From Bdellovibrionota bacterium (lineage in GTDB: Bacteria; Bdellovibrionota; FAC87; UBA2466), in NCBI GenBank assembly GCA_041749855.1, contig JBGTAN010000034.1:5457-69456 (forward strand): 64,000 bases of DNA. Reading direction: 5' to 3'. Made by a program: the position numbers and the translations under genes. The notes under the pieces were generated by a model. That model was not told the origin of the DNA. It searched no databases and saw only the letters and a program-made list of their open reading frames with translations. Position 1 is the first letter of the stretch, and each line of letters opens with the position of its first letter. Below, piece by piece: positions 9,469-18,183 of the stretch.

Positions 9469-11737
9469 GCGATGGTTGTTTAGCTTCAGTGCAATACTCA
9501 CGCTGACCGGCTTCCACGGTTGCTTGAACGACAAGGTTCACCAACAGACGCACCCGTCGACAGACGGCAAGCTCATTCGCTTTGTAGATACGCGTGCGGG
9601 AACCGGAGGGGCTCAATGGATTGCTGGACACAATACTCCCGCCGTCCAAGTCCCTTGGGGCATGGTCAAGCTAGGACCTGACACCACTTCCTTCGGCAAG
9701 GTCATGGGCCTCGGCGGCTACAGCTATAGCGATGTCAATTTGCGTGGCTTTTCACACACCCGCTTTGTGGGTGCGGGAGTCTACGGAGGCGGTGTCCTTT
9801 CCATCGTGCCAGCGAATACGCCCCTAGAGTTTGGAGCACTTCGCAAGTATCAACCGACCTTTTCCCACAGAAATGAAACCGCTGTTCCTGGCTACTACTC
9901 CGTGGCCCTCGATCGACTCGGGATTCAAGCGGAACTGACAACCACGGCGCGCGTCGGACTGCATCGTTACACGTTCACACTGAGTTCAGAACCCGTTCTG
10001 TATCTGGATCTCGGCGGCATGCTGGCTAGTGATGGAAAGAACACGGAACTATCGATCACGCTCACCGGTGGGAACAAAATCGAGGGGCACTTCTTACAAA
10101 ATGACGGCTTCTCTGGCCGTTACGGCGGACTGCACCACTATTTCGAAATGCACTTTCCGACCGGTTTCGTTTCACACCGCTACCTCACTGCTTCAGGGGC
10201 GTCGCTCACTTTGCCGGCGGGCGATCCCAAGCCGCTGTATCTTGAACTTCGGTTTGCAACAAGCGCACCGGTGGAGGTGCGCACAGCGCTTTCTTTCACA
10301 GGCGCGGCGGGAGCGGCAGCGAACTTTACTGCCGAAGCACCACTTGCCACTTCTTTCGATACCATTCAGGCAGCTACTCAAAACACGTGGGAAGCGTGGC
10401 TTGCACGCGTAGCCATCGCCACCTCACAAGAGGCCGAAGCTCAGAAGTTTTATACGGCGCTCTACAACTCCGCGCGCATGCCGACTCTTTTTGGGGACTA
10501 CGATGGAGCACTGAACGAATCCTATCGTGGTTTCGACAATGCCAATCACATCACGACGGGCTTTTCGTACTACTCCGACTTTTCCCTTTGGGACACGTTT
10601 CGAACCGTGCATCCACTTTACAATCTATTGGCCCGCACCGAGCAGCTGCACATGATCCAAAGCATGCACCGAATGGCGGAGCAGAGCGGGCGTTTTCCCC
10701 GATGGGCCGCAGGCACGGGACACACTGATTCGATGCTGGGCTTTCCGGCAGCGATCACCCTTGCTGAGAGCTACCGCAAGGGAATCACGACTTTCGATGG
10801 TGCGGGCGCCTATGCACTTTTGAAAAATCAAATGACAGCAGGTAGTGGCATCAGCGGAACGGAGTGCCTCGATTCTTACTCTGAACTGGGTTTTTGCCCC
10901 TCAGACGATGGGGGCACGACCGTCAGTCGAACACTGGAGTACAGCTGGGCCGATACCGCAATGGCAGGCTTTGCCGCGGCGCTCGGAAACTCCGCAGATG
11001 CCGACTACTTTACGTCACGGGCAGAAAACTTTCGCAATGCTTGGAGTGCCGCGGATCAGGCGTTCATTCCGCGAAAGCGTGACGGCCAGTACTTCACAGG
11101 TTGTCGCCTGGATATGCTTTCCTACTTCTCCCCGACAGGGTGTGCCAGTCACTTTACTGAAGGAAGCCCGCTTCAGCACCGTTGGGCATTGCCCACTCAG
11201 GCCGCAGCGACGAGTGCGCTTTACGCGGTCAGCGCCTTAGCGGAATTGGAAACCTTCTTCTTGCGCGCACCGAAGGGAATCGCAGCTCCGGTTCCCAACG
11301 GCTACTACTGGCACGGCAATGAACCGGCTCTGTTTGCCGCGGTCTATTTTAATCATCTGGGGCGGCCGGATCGCGCGCAGTATTGGACGGACTGGATTCG
11401 CCGAACGAAATACGACAACACGTCTGTTGGAATCGACGGGAACGATGATGGGGGAACGCTGTCCGCCTGGTTCGTGCTTGCTTCCTTGGGATTTTTACCC
11501 GGGCCAGGAACCACGACCTACGAGATTGTATCGCCTGCGTTCGAAAGTGCTTCTGTGAATTTGGGGGGAAGCACTTTACTCATCGTTGCAACCGGCGCGA
11601 CGCAGGGTAAACGCTTTGTGCGAGGCGTGACGATCAATGGCACCCCACTGACCGCACCCCGCTTTGACCATAGCTTGATTCAAGGCGGGGCTACGATGGA
11701 GTTTCAAATGGTAGAGGAGCCAGCCGCATGGCAGTAA
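9458..11737 (+). CDS. glycoside hydrolase family 92 (alpha-mannosidase-like) lipoprotein
   Basis: Signal/lipobox MAVKRWLFSFSAILTLTGFHGC. GH92-like motifs FSHTRF, HRYTF, GNEP and GNDDGGTLSAWFVLASLGFLPGPG..YEIVSPAF. The ORF extends upstream to 9350, but that part overlaps the previous gene. Confidence 0.65.
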   Translation: MAVKRWLFSFSAILTLTGFHGCLNDKVHQQTHPSTDGKLIRFVDTRAGTGGAQWIAGHNTPAVQVPWGMVKLGPDTTSFGKVMGLGGYSYSDVNLRGFSHTRFVGAGVYGGGVLSIVPANTPLEFGALRKYQPTFSHRNETAVPGYYSVALDRLGIQAELTTTARVGLHRYTFTLSSEPVLYLDLGGMLASDGKNTELSITLTGGNKIEGHFLQNDGFSGRYGGLHHYFEMHFPTGFVSHRYLTASGASLTLPAGDPKPLYLELRFATSAPVEVRTALSFTGAAGAAANFTAEAPLATSFDTIQAATQNTWEAWLARVAIATSQEAEAQKFYTALYNSARMPTLFGDYDGALNESYRGFDNANHITTGFSYYSDFSLWDTFRTVHPLYNLLARTEQLHMIQSMHRMAEQSGRFPRWAAGTGHTDSMLGFPAAITLAESYRKGITTFDGAGAYALLKNQMTAGSGISGTECLDSYSELGFCPSDDGGTTVSRTLEYSWADTAMAGFAAALGNSADADYFTSRAENFRNAWSAADQAFIPRKRDGQYFTGCRLDMLSYFSPTGCASHFTEGSPLQHRWALPTQAAATSALYAVSALAELETFFLRAPKGIAAPVPNGYYWHGNEPALFAAVYFNHLGRPDRAQYWTDWIRRTKYDNTSVGIDGNDDGGTLSAWFVLASLGFLPGPGTTTYEIVSPAFESASVNLGGSTLLIVATGATQGKRFVRGVTINGTPLTAPRFDHSLIQGGATMEFQMVEEPAAWQ

Positions 11738-12426
11738 GGCGTTTCATTTTGCTGGTGTTCGTCGTGGCCGCTTCCTGGTGTGAAGCAAGCGCCTTTAGGA
11801 CCGAGCTCCAATTTGGTTTTCCTGGTCTATTTTCGATACGATTGGACCGGCCGGTCTCCGAACGGTTGCGGGTGGGGGCAAGCTTTGGCGCTTTGCCGAT
11901 TTCCTTTGTGTTTCCCTTTTACCAACCCCAAGTCACTGGCGCAGATTTAAGTGACGAGTACGACTTGGTTTTGGAACCCACCTTGCACGCACTTTCAGCA
12001 GGCGTTTTTGTAGAATGGACGCCAGGTGCTCGCTCTTCTTTCTTTCGATTGGAACTACTGGCAAACGTGCTCGACGCTGCCGCCCACGTCGATATCTTAA
12101 ACAAAGAAACGCGCGCTCAGGCGCCTTATATGGATGTGCAAATCACTGCAACCTTGCCGCGGGTCGCTCTGACTTATGGGGGACGCCTTACCAATGGCAC
12201 CGGGATGAACTGGTACGGCGGAATCGGAGTGACGGGCCTCATCGGACAATCCGTTTTCGTGCAAACTTCGGGACCTGCTGCCGCTTACTGGAATGCGAAT
12301 CCTTCCGGTCAAGCCAGCGTCCAAGATGGAATGGATGGACTTCGAAACGAGGTCACTGCGCAGCTTACTTCCAGTTTTGCTTCAATGAGAATACTCCCCG
12401 CTGCTTGGATTTCTGCGGTTTGGTAG
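11728..12426 (+). CDS. hypothetical secreted/outer-membrane protein
   Basis: Signal peptide MAVRRFILLVFVVAASWCEASA. The ATG overlaps the GH92 stop. Confidence 0.45.
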   Translation: MAVRRFILLVFVVAASWCEASAFRTELQFGFPGLFSIRLDRPVSERLRVGASFGALPISFVFPFYQPQVTGADLSDEYDLVLEPTLHALSAGVFVEWTPGARSSFFRLELLANVLDAAAHVDILNKETRAQAPYMDVQITATLPRVALTYGGRLTNGTGMNWYGGIGVTGLIGQSVFVQTSGPAAAYWNANPSGQASVQDGMDGLRNEVTAQLTSSFASMRILPAAWISAVW

Positions 12427-12531
12427 TCAATGGTTGAGTCAGTCATTTCCTCAGGAAATGGCAATTGTTGCAGGTTATCGTCGACAGATATTTAACTCAC
12501 TGGGCGATTTTCTGATTGCCAACCCCAAGGC

Positions 12532-12552
12532 AAATACATACATATGTATTTA
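12532..12552. promoter_or_regulatory. near-perfect 21-bp palindrome aaatacatacatatgtattta immediately upstream of the HNH gene RBS
   Basis: Read directly in the sequence. It ends about 3 nt before GGAGG (12556-12560) and 14 nt before the ATG at 12567. Confidence 0.35.
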
Positions 12553-12566
12553 TCCGGAGGGCTCGC

Positions 12567-13454
12567 ATGCAAACTTCAAATTCACTTCACCAACAGGCCG
12601 TCACGCTCGCAAAAGACTACTTGAGGACCGAAGCCAAACTACTCAAGGTACTCGTAGAGATCTACAAGCGACGGTCCTATTTGCCTCTCGGGTATAGAGA
12701 CCTCTATGACTACAGTCAGCGTGCATTGAAGCTGAGCAAAGCGCAGTCCTATTATTTTTCAAAAGTTGCCGACAAATCCCAAGAGGTGCCGGCACTTCAG
12801 AAAGCTGTGGAGGCAGGTGAACTTAATATTTCTCAAGCGCGACGAATTGCACCGGTAGTCACAGTTGAAAATGTTCAGGAGTGGATTTCGAAGGCTACTT
12901 CTCTGCCTCAAAAGGATTTGGAACTTGCAGTAAAGAAGGAACACCCTGAAATGGCGGTTAGAGAGAGGGTTCGTCCCATTGCCGAGAACCGAATGGAATT
13001 GCGCTGCGGAATTTCCGCCAGCTTCGACAACGAGCTGGCGCGAATCAGGGATATTGTTTCCCAGATGAAACGCTCTCCCGCCTCCATCGAAGATGCCCTA
13101 GAGTTTATGAAGGAGGCTTTTCTAGACAGGCATGATCCTATCCGCAAGGCAGAGCGTTCAAAACAAAGGAGCACCAGGGACGAAGATACTACCCCTCCGC
13201 TTCTTCGCAGAGCGGCTCGCGTTTCTACCCCTATTCAGACTGGCAGGACCCCCATTCCCTCTGCGGTAAAGCATTCGGTCCGCTTGCGAGATGGGCAAAG
13301 GTGCGCTTTTAAATCTCTAGAAGGAATACGCTGCGAGCAATCCCGCTGGACCGAGATGCATCATCGCGTGCCCGTAAGCAGGGGCGGTCAGCACTCCCTA
13401 TCAAACATCACTACTCTGTGTTCAAAGCACCATCGCTATTTACACGGGCACTAA
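12567..13454 (+). CDS. HNH endonuclease domain protein (DUF222-like N-terminal region plus C-terminal HNH)
   Basis: The C-terminus HHRVPVSRGGQHSLSNITTLCSKHHRYLHGH is an HNH motif. RBS GGAGG lies 6 nt upstream. GC is roughly 45%, against about 55-58% in neighbouring genes. An alternative TTG start exists at 12516. Confidence 0.7.
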   Translation: MQTSNSLHQQAVTLAKDYLRTEAKLLKVLVEIYKRRSYLPLGYRDLYDYSQRALKLSKAQSYYFSKVADKSQEVPALQKAVEAGELNISQARRIAPVVTVENVQEWISKATSLPQKDLELAVKKEHPEMAVRERVRPIAENRMELRCGISASFDNELARIRDIVSQMKRSPASIEDALEFMKEAFLDRHDPIRKAERSKQRSTRDEDTTPPLLRRAARVSTPIQTGRTPIPSAVKHSVRLRDGQRCAFKSLEGIRCEQSRWTEMHHRVPVSRGGQHSLSNITTLCSKHHRYLHGH

Positions 13455-14071
13455 AAGGCGAAGTTGAAACTCAAGGAATGTAAGAATGAGTTTACAAAGC
13501 GAACCGATCCCGCATGAAAGAGAATATTGCCGTGCAGTCCCACACTGATATCTTCGCGCACCCAGTAACGGGTACCTAAGTTTGCGGTCACAAACGGGAA
13601 GTGGCTGGCTGGATTTCCTTTGAAGTAAGAGGCGTCATACGTTCCCGGCCGAAGATTCAAAAGATAGAACTGGATACCCAAGAACGGCTCCCAGTTTCCC
13701 CACTTTGCGCTGACAGAGTGGCCGGCAAAAAAGGAAAATCCGCCGGCTAACCATGCCGCCCCTGCTTCTACCGATGCAAATCCAGTTCCCGCAGCGCTTT
13801 TCCAATAAGCGTGATGCAGCCCCAACCCCAAGGTGCGCATTTCAGTAGTGAGGGACAGCGTCGTGTTCTCGTCTGCTCCATAACGGACTTTACCGAGTGG
13901 AAAACCAATATAGTTTCCAGAAGCATCTGTGTACCCCGTCCATTGAACGGTGGTTTCCCACTGCCCTGCCCCCACGGGTCGGGCGGGAGCGCCACTCGTT
14001 AGAGGCGCAAGCGCGCAACCGACCAGCAACAGATTCAAGGTGCAGAACAGAGCTCGGTATAGAAAAACCAT
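13451..14071 (-). CDS. hypothetical lipoprotein / outer-membrane protein
   Basis: Signal MVFLYRALFCTLNLLLVGCALA. Composition is Gly/aromatic-rich and beta-barrel-like. Confidence 0.45.
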   Translation of the reverse strand: MVFLYRALFCTLNLLLVGCALAPLTSGAPARPVGAGQWETTVQWTGYTDASGNYIGFPLGKVRYGADENTTLSLTTEMRTLGLGLHHAYWKSAAGTGFASVEAGAAWLAGGFSFFAGHSVSAKWGNWEPFLGIQFYLLNLRPGTYDASYFKGNPASHFPFVTANLGTRYWVREDISVGLHGNILFHAGSVRFVNSFLHSLSFNFAF

Positions 14072-14123
14072 CGCTCTACTTTAGAGGGGCTTAGCGAAAC
14101 TTCAAGAAAAGCCGCTTCCGGAA

Positions 14124-14453
14124 TCAGTCGGCGGTCCAGGTAGCTGCGCTACCCGTGCACGCGGCTTCCTGCGCGGCCGCGTTGCCCGTGTACGTGCGGC
14201 TTTTCACTTCGGAAGCGGTACCTGCCTGGCTGACGCATACACCGAAGCTCAAATCAGTAGGACATGCTGCCTGCAACGTACCGCCCAGTGCTGTGCAGAC
14301 GGTTTCGTACTGCCCTGCCCAAATCGCGCCCGTGTACTCGGTGCAGGCGACGTTGACGCTAGAGGCGACGATCAAACAACTCTTGTTGGCAGTGCCGCAG
14401 CTCGTCAACCCGACACCCAATAGTACGGTCAAACCCAATAGTAGTTTGTGCAT
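14124..14453 (-). CDS. small cysteine-rich lipoprotein (8 Cys)
   Basis: Lipobox LTSCG. Eight Cys residues in a mature part of about 90 aa. Confidence 0.45.
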   Translation of the reverse strand: MHKLLLGLTVLLGVGLTSCGTANKSCLIVASSVNVACTEYTGAIWAGQYETVCTALGGTLQAACPTDLSFGVCVSQAGTASEVKSRTYTGNAAAQEAACTGSAATWTAD

Positions 14454-14646
14454 TTTTTCTCCTGGCCCAATAGCTTAGCACCCTTGCAGTTTATTTGTCA
14501 GATCTGACGCAGACTTCTGCCAGACATGTCACTTTTGAAACAAGTGTTGCCCCAGCCGGCAGCAAACCAGTCGAAACCCAGTGGAACACCCTTTGCACTA
14601 CAGTTGGAATGTGGACACACCAAGTGTCTCGGGGAGAGAAAAAAAA

Positions 14647-15072
14647 ATGAAAAAGTGGTTATTGGTTTTAGCGTTGATTCCTTCGGCGGCGTTTTCTGCC
14701 GCTGGGATTTCTATTGGTGGCAGGGATTTTTTCCGCATCGAAGTGGACGATTCCCCCCTTCCCTCAGAAACGATTGTTCTATCGCAGCCCGATCTGTCGC
14801 GCGAAAACCATCGCTTGCGCCGTCGCTTGGCTCGCCTTGAACAGGCGGTTAGAGCGCTACAAGATCAGGTGTTTGTCATGAAGAGAACAACTCCTGTCGC
14901 ACTGGTGGCAGAGAATCATGCCTGCTACATCGTCACTCCTTTTGATGGCACCATGACGGGTAAAGGTACATCCGAAGCAGAAGCACGCGGCAATGTCCTT
15001 AAAGCCTGTAGTCAGCAAGGTGGCGGGATGGCCTGTCGCGACTCAGAAGTGAAATGCGGAGGCGGTGCGTAG
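14647..15072 (+). CDS. secreted hypothetical protein with coiled-coil and C-terminal Cys motif
   Basis: ATG at 14647 follows an A-rich tract. Signal MKKWLLVLALIPSAAFSAAG. The C-terminus is ...KACSQQGGGMACRDSEVKCGGGA. Confidence 0.45.
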   Translation: MKKWLLVLALIPSAAFSAAGISIGGRDFFRIEVDDSPLPSETIVLSQPDLSRENHRLRRRLARLEQAVRALQDQVFVMKRTTPVALVAENHACYIVTPFDGTMTGKGTSEAEARGNVLKACSQQGGGMACRDSEVKCGGGA

Positions 15073-15082
15073 GCCCTTCGCG

Positions 15083-18000
15083 TTAGGAGCGATCTTGAAC
15101 TAGCGAACCCGCTCGCGCGAACAGGCTGTAGACACAGGGGACAACGAACAGCGTCAGCGCCGTGGATACGATAACGCCCCCGATAAGCGCGAGCGCCATA
15201 GGAATTCGGCTTTCGGCTCCAGGACCGATGGCGAAGGCAGCGGGTAGAGCACCAACAACGGTCGCAATCGATGTCATTAAAATCGGGCGCAAACGCATGG
15301 GACAGGCCTCAACGAGCGCATCGTTGGCGGCCTTTCCCTTTTCACGCACTTGGTTAGTGAAATCGACGAGCAGAATGGAATTCTTCTTTACGATACCCAT
15401 GAGCAAGATCAGTCCAATCATCGAGTAAATATTCAAAGAGCGATTGCCTAGATAAAGCGCAAGAAACGCCCCGGTCACACTAAACGGCAGCGCTATCAAC
15501 ACGGTGATCGGGTGAATGAAGCTGTTAAACTGAGAACCCAGAATCATATAGGAAACCACAAGCCCCAGAACGAGGGCAAACAGCAAACTTTGAGTGGATT
15601 CTTCCGAAGTCTTAGCACTCCCGCTCACGACCGCTCGATACCCTTCGGGAAGCACGCGTTTAGCAACGGCTTGTACGGCTTCCATCGCCTTACCCTGAGA
15701 ACTTCCTGGAGCAATATTTCCATAAACACTGATGGCCCGCTCTCTATCTTCACGTGAAATGGCTTGTAGACTCGCTTTTTCCTGAATACTCACGACCTCA
15801 GAAAGACGAATCAATTCCCCGCGGTTGTTACGCACGAACAGGCGCTTTATGTCCTCAGGTTTATTGCGATCGCCCGACTCCAGTCGCACGCGCACATCGT
15901 ATCGATGACCGCCTTTGGAATACTTTCCTGCCAGCACGCCGCCCATCATCGAATTAATGGTCTGCGCGATTTCATACACACTGACGCCGCGTTCTCGAGC
16001 TTTTTCTCGATTGGGGACGACTTGGATTTCAGGCATTCCCGTTCGGTAGTTTGAATCGACATCAACGACGGTTCCGGTTTTTTCCAACTCCTCTTGCATG
16101 GTTTGAGACAGCGCAATGAGCTTGTCGAACTCCGGGCCTCGGACGGCAAACTCGACGGGATAGCCACGTCGCGCTCCCAGCCCCGACAGTGAAGGATCTT
16201 GAACGAACCCCTTCACATCCGGAATCTTCTTCAGCTCTTCCCGGAAAACCCCTGCCAATTCCTGCTGGGTGTAAGGTCGCTTCGTTTTGGGGTTGATGCT
16301 TCGAGCCTTCCGGGCTTTAAGCGTGAGAAAAAGCATCCCTGAATTGACTTCCCCACCACCAAACCCTCCGATTGCCCCAAAATATTGTTCCACGTCGGGA
16401 TGCTTCATAAACATGGCCTCGGCCAGCTTAAACTTCTCATCCGTATAACCCAGGGAAGAGCCCACGGGCGTTTGTAACCGCACCATGAGACGCGAGATAT
16501 CCTGAGCCGGAACAAATTCTTTCGGAAGTAGCCGAATCAAACCAAAGCTTGCCGCGCACACGCCGATAGAGACAACCACCACTTTCCACCGATGCCGAAG
16601 AACCGCGCGTACCAGGCGCTGGTAAACCGCCGCAGAGGCAGTAAAGGCGTGTTCCACGAATTTGCCCAAGCGAGTCGTACGCTCTCCCGTGTCCATAAAG
16701 GAAGCGCAACGCATGGGAGTGAGTGTGAGCGCTTCTAAGAGCGATAGCGCCACTGCGACGGAAAGCGTGACTCCGAACTGGAAGAAGTACTGACCAATCA
16801 CTCCGCTCATAAATGCGACAGGAAGGAAGATAGCGATAATGGCTGCCGTTGCTGCCATGGCGGCAAACGTAATTTCCCTGGCACCTTCCAGTGCCGCCTG
16901 TTCTCGCTTCTTTCCCATCTCCGCGTGACGAACGATGTTCTCAAGCACCATGATCGCGTCGTCCACGACAATCCCAATAGCAAGAGAGAGCGCGAGCAGC
17001 GTAAAGGTATTGAGCGTGAAACCCAGTGCATAAAGCACGATGAAGGTACCCACTACGGAAGTGGGAATCGCTAAAATGACGTTCAGAGTGGCAGACCACG
17101 AACCCAAGAAAAGCCAACAAACCAAGGCAGTCAGAATGGCGGATAGAACAAGCGTAAAATTGAGTTCATGGACCGCTTCTTCAATCGCTTGAGTCGAATC
17201 GAAACGTACCCCAATTTCAGTCCCCGCAGGTAAGTCCTTTTGGACCTCCTCCATACGCGCTTTCGCTGCATGGGCCACTGACACTGCATTGGAACCGGGT
17301 TGCTTTTTTATTCCCAGACCGACGGCAGGCTTGCCATTGGTTCTACTCTTGCGACGCACATCCGCGAGCCCTTCTTCGACGCGTGCGACCTGGCTCAGTG
17401 TGATGGGCCGATAATTGGGAGCACCTCCACGACGGGCAATGGAGATTTTTCCAAAATCTTCCACAGAAGGCGCCTCACCCATGGTGCGGATGTTGAATTC
17501 CTTATCCGCGGTTTCTATTCGACCCGCTGGCAGCTCGGCATGTTCTTGCTGAATGGTCGTCACGACGTCGCCAGCCGTCAAAGCGTACTGACTCAACTTG
17601 TCGGCGGACAACCAGACGCGCAAATTGGGATCGACATAACCGCCCATGAACACTTCGCCAACCCCTTCAATGGTCGCAAAGCGGTCCTTCACGCGATCCC
17701 GCACAAAGATCATGAGCTCCTGCTCAGTCATCTTATCCGAGCTAACGGCCATCCACAGAATCGGACTGTCTTCAGGATTCGATTTTCGAACCGTGGGCGG
17801 CTCCATCTCTTCGGGCAGCCGTCGCATGGCCTGCGCCATAGCGCTTTGCAGTTCTTGGACTGCTACATCGCTATCTTTCTTGAGGTCAAATTCAACGGTA
17901 ACGTAGGCGCTCCCCGTTCGAGCCGTGGAGGTGATGCTAAGCACCCCCGGTACTGTCATAACGGCGGATTCGATAGGATCCACCACATCCACTTCCATCA

Positions 18001-18172
18001 CTTCAGGGGCGGCGCCTTCTAGTTCAAGACTGATGGAGATAACGGGGAACGTGACATCGGGAAGATTGCTCACTCCCATTCGATTGAAGCTGATCCCGCC
18101 GAACACGATAAGTGCGGCCATTATCATCCAAGCAAACACCGGATTACGAATGGATATGTCGGAGAGTGTCAT
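15083..18172 (-). CDS. RND (HAE1/AcrB-type) efflux transporter
   Basis: 1029 aa with 12 TM helices and two large periplasmic loops. The AcrB/CzcA family pattern is present throughout. Confidence 0.9.
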   Translation of the reverse strand: MTLSDISIRNPVFAWMIMAALIVFGGISFNRMGVSNLPDVTFPVISISLELEGAAPEVMEVDVVDPIESAVMTVPGVLSITSTARTGSAYVTVEFDLKKDSDVAVQELQSAMAQAMRRLPEEMEPPTVRKSNPEDSPILWMAVSSDKMTEQELMIFVRDRVKDRFATIEGVGEVFMGGYVDPNLRVWLSADKLSQYALTAGDVVTTIQQEHAELPAGRIETADKEFNIRTMGEAPSVEDFGKISIARRGGAPNYRPITLSQVARVEEGLADVRRKSRTNGKPAVGLGIKKQPGSNAVSVAHAAKARMEEVQKDLPAGTEIGVRFDSTQAIEEAVHELNFTLVLSAILTALVCWLFLGSWSATLNVILAIPTSVVGTFIVLYALGFTLNTFTLLALSLAIGIVVDDAIMVLENIVRHAEMGKKREQAALEGAREITFAAMAATAAIIAIFLPVAFMSGVIGQYFFQFGVTLSVAVALSLLEALTLTPMRCASFMDTGERTTRLGKFVEHAFTASAAVYQRLVRAVLRHRWKVVVVSIGVCAASFGLIRLLPKEFVPAQDISRLMVRLQTPVGSSLGYTDEKFKLAEAMFMKHPDVEQYFGAIGGFGGGEVNSGMLFLTLKARKARSINPKTKRPYTQQELAGVFREELKKIPDVKGFVQDPSLSGLGARRGYPVEFAVRGPEFDKLIALSQTMQEELEKTGTVVDVDSNYRTGMPEIQVVPNREKARERGVSVYEIAQTINSMMGGVLAGKYSKGGHRYDVRVRLESGDRNKPEDIKRLFVRNNRGELIRLSEVVSIQEKASLQAISREDRERAISVYGNIAPGSSQGKAMEAVQAVAKRVLPEGYRAVVSGSAKTSEESTQSLLFALVLGLVVSYMILGSQFNSFIHPITVLIALPFSVTGAFLALYLGNRSLNIYSMIGLILLMGIVKKNSILLVDFTNQVREKGKAANDALVEACPMRLRPILMTSIATVVGALPAAFAIGPGAESRIPMALALIGGVIVSTALTLFVVPCVYSLFARAGSLVQDRS

Positions 18173-18183
18173 GGGTGCACCGT

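Noticed and set aside
17300-18022. 240-aa ORF on the plus strand inside the RND transporter gene
   Set aside because: It is entirely antisense to a confidently assigned, highly conserved RND gene. It is a shadow ORF typical of GC-rich DNA.
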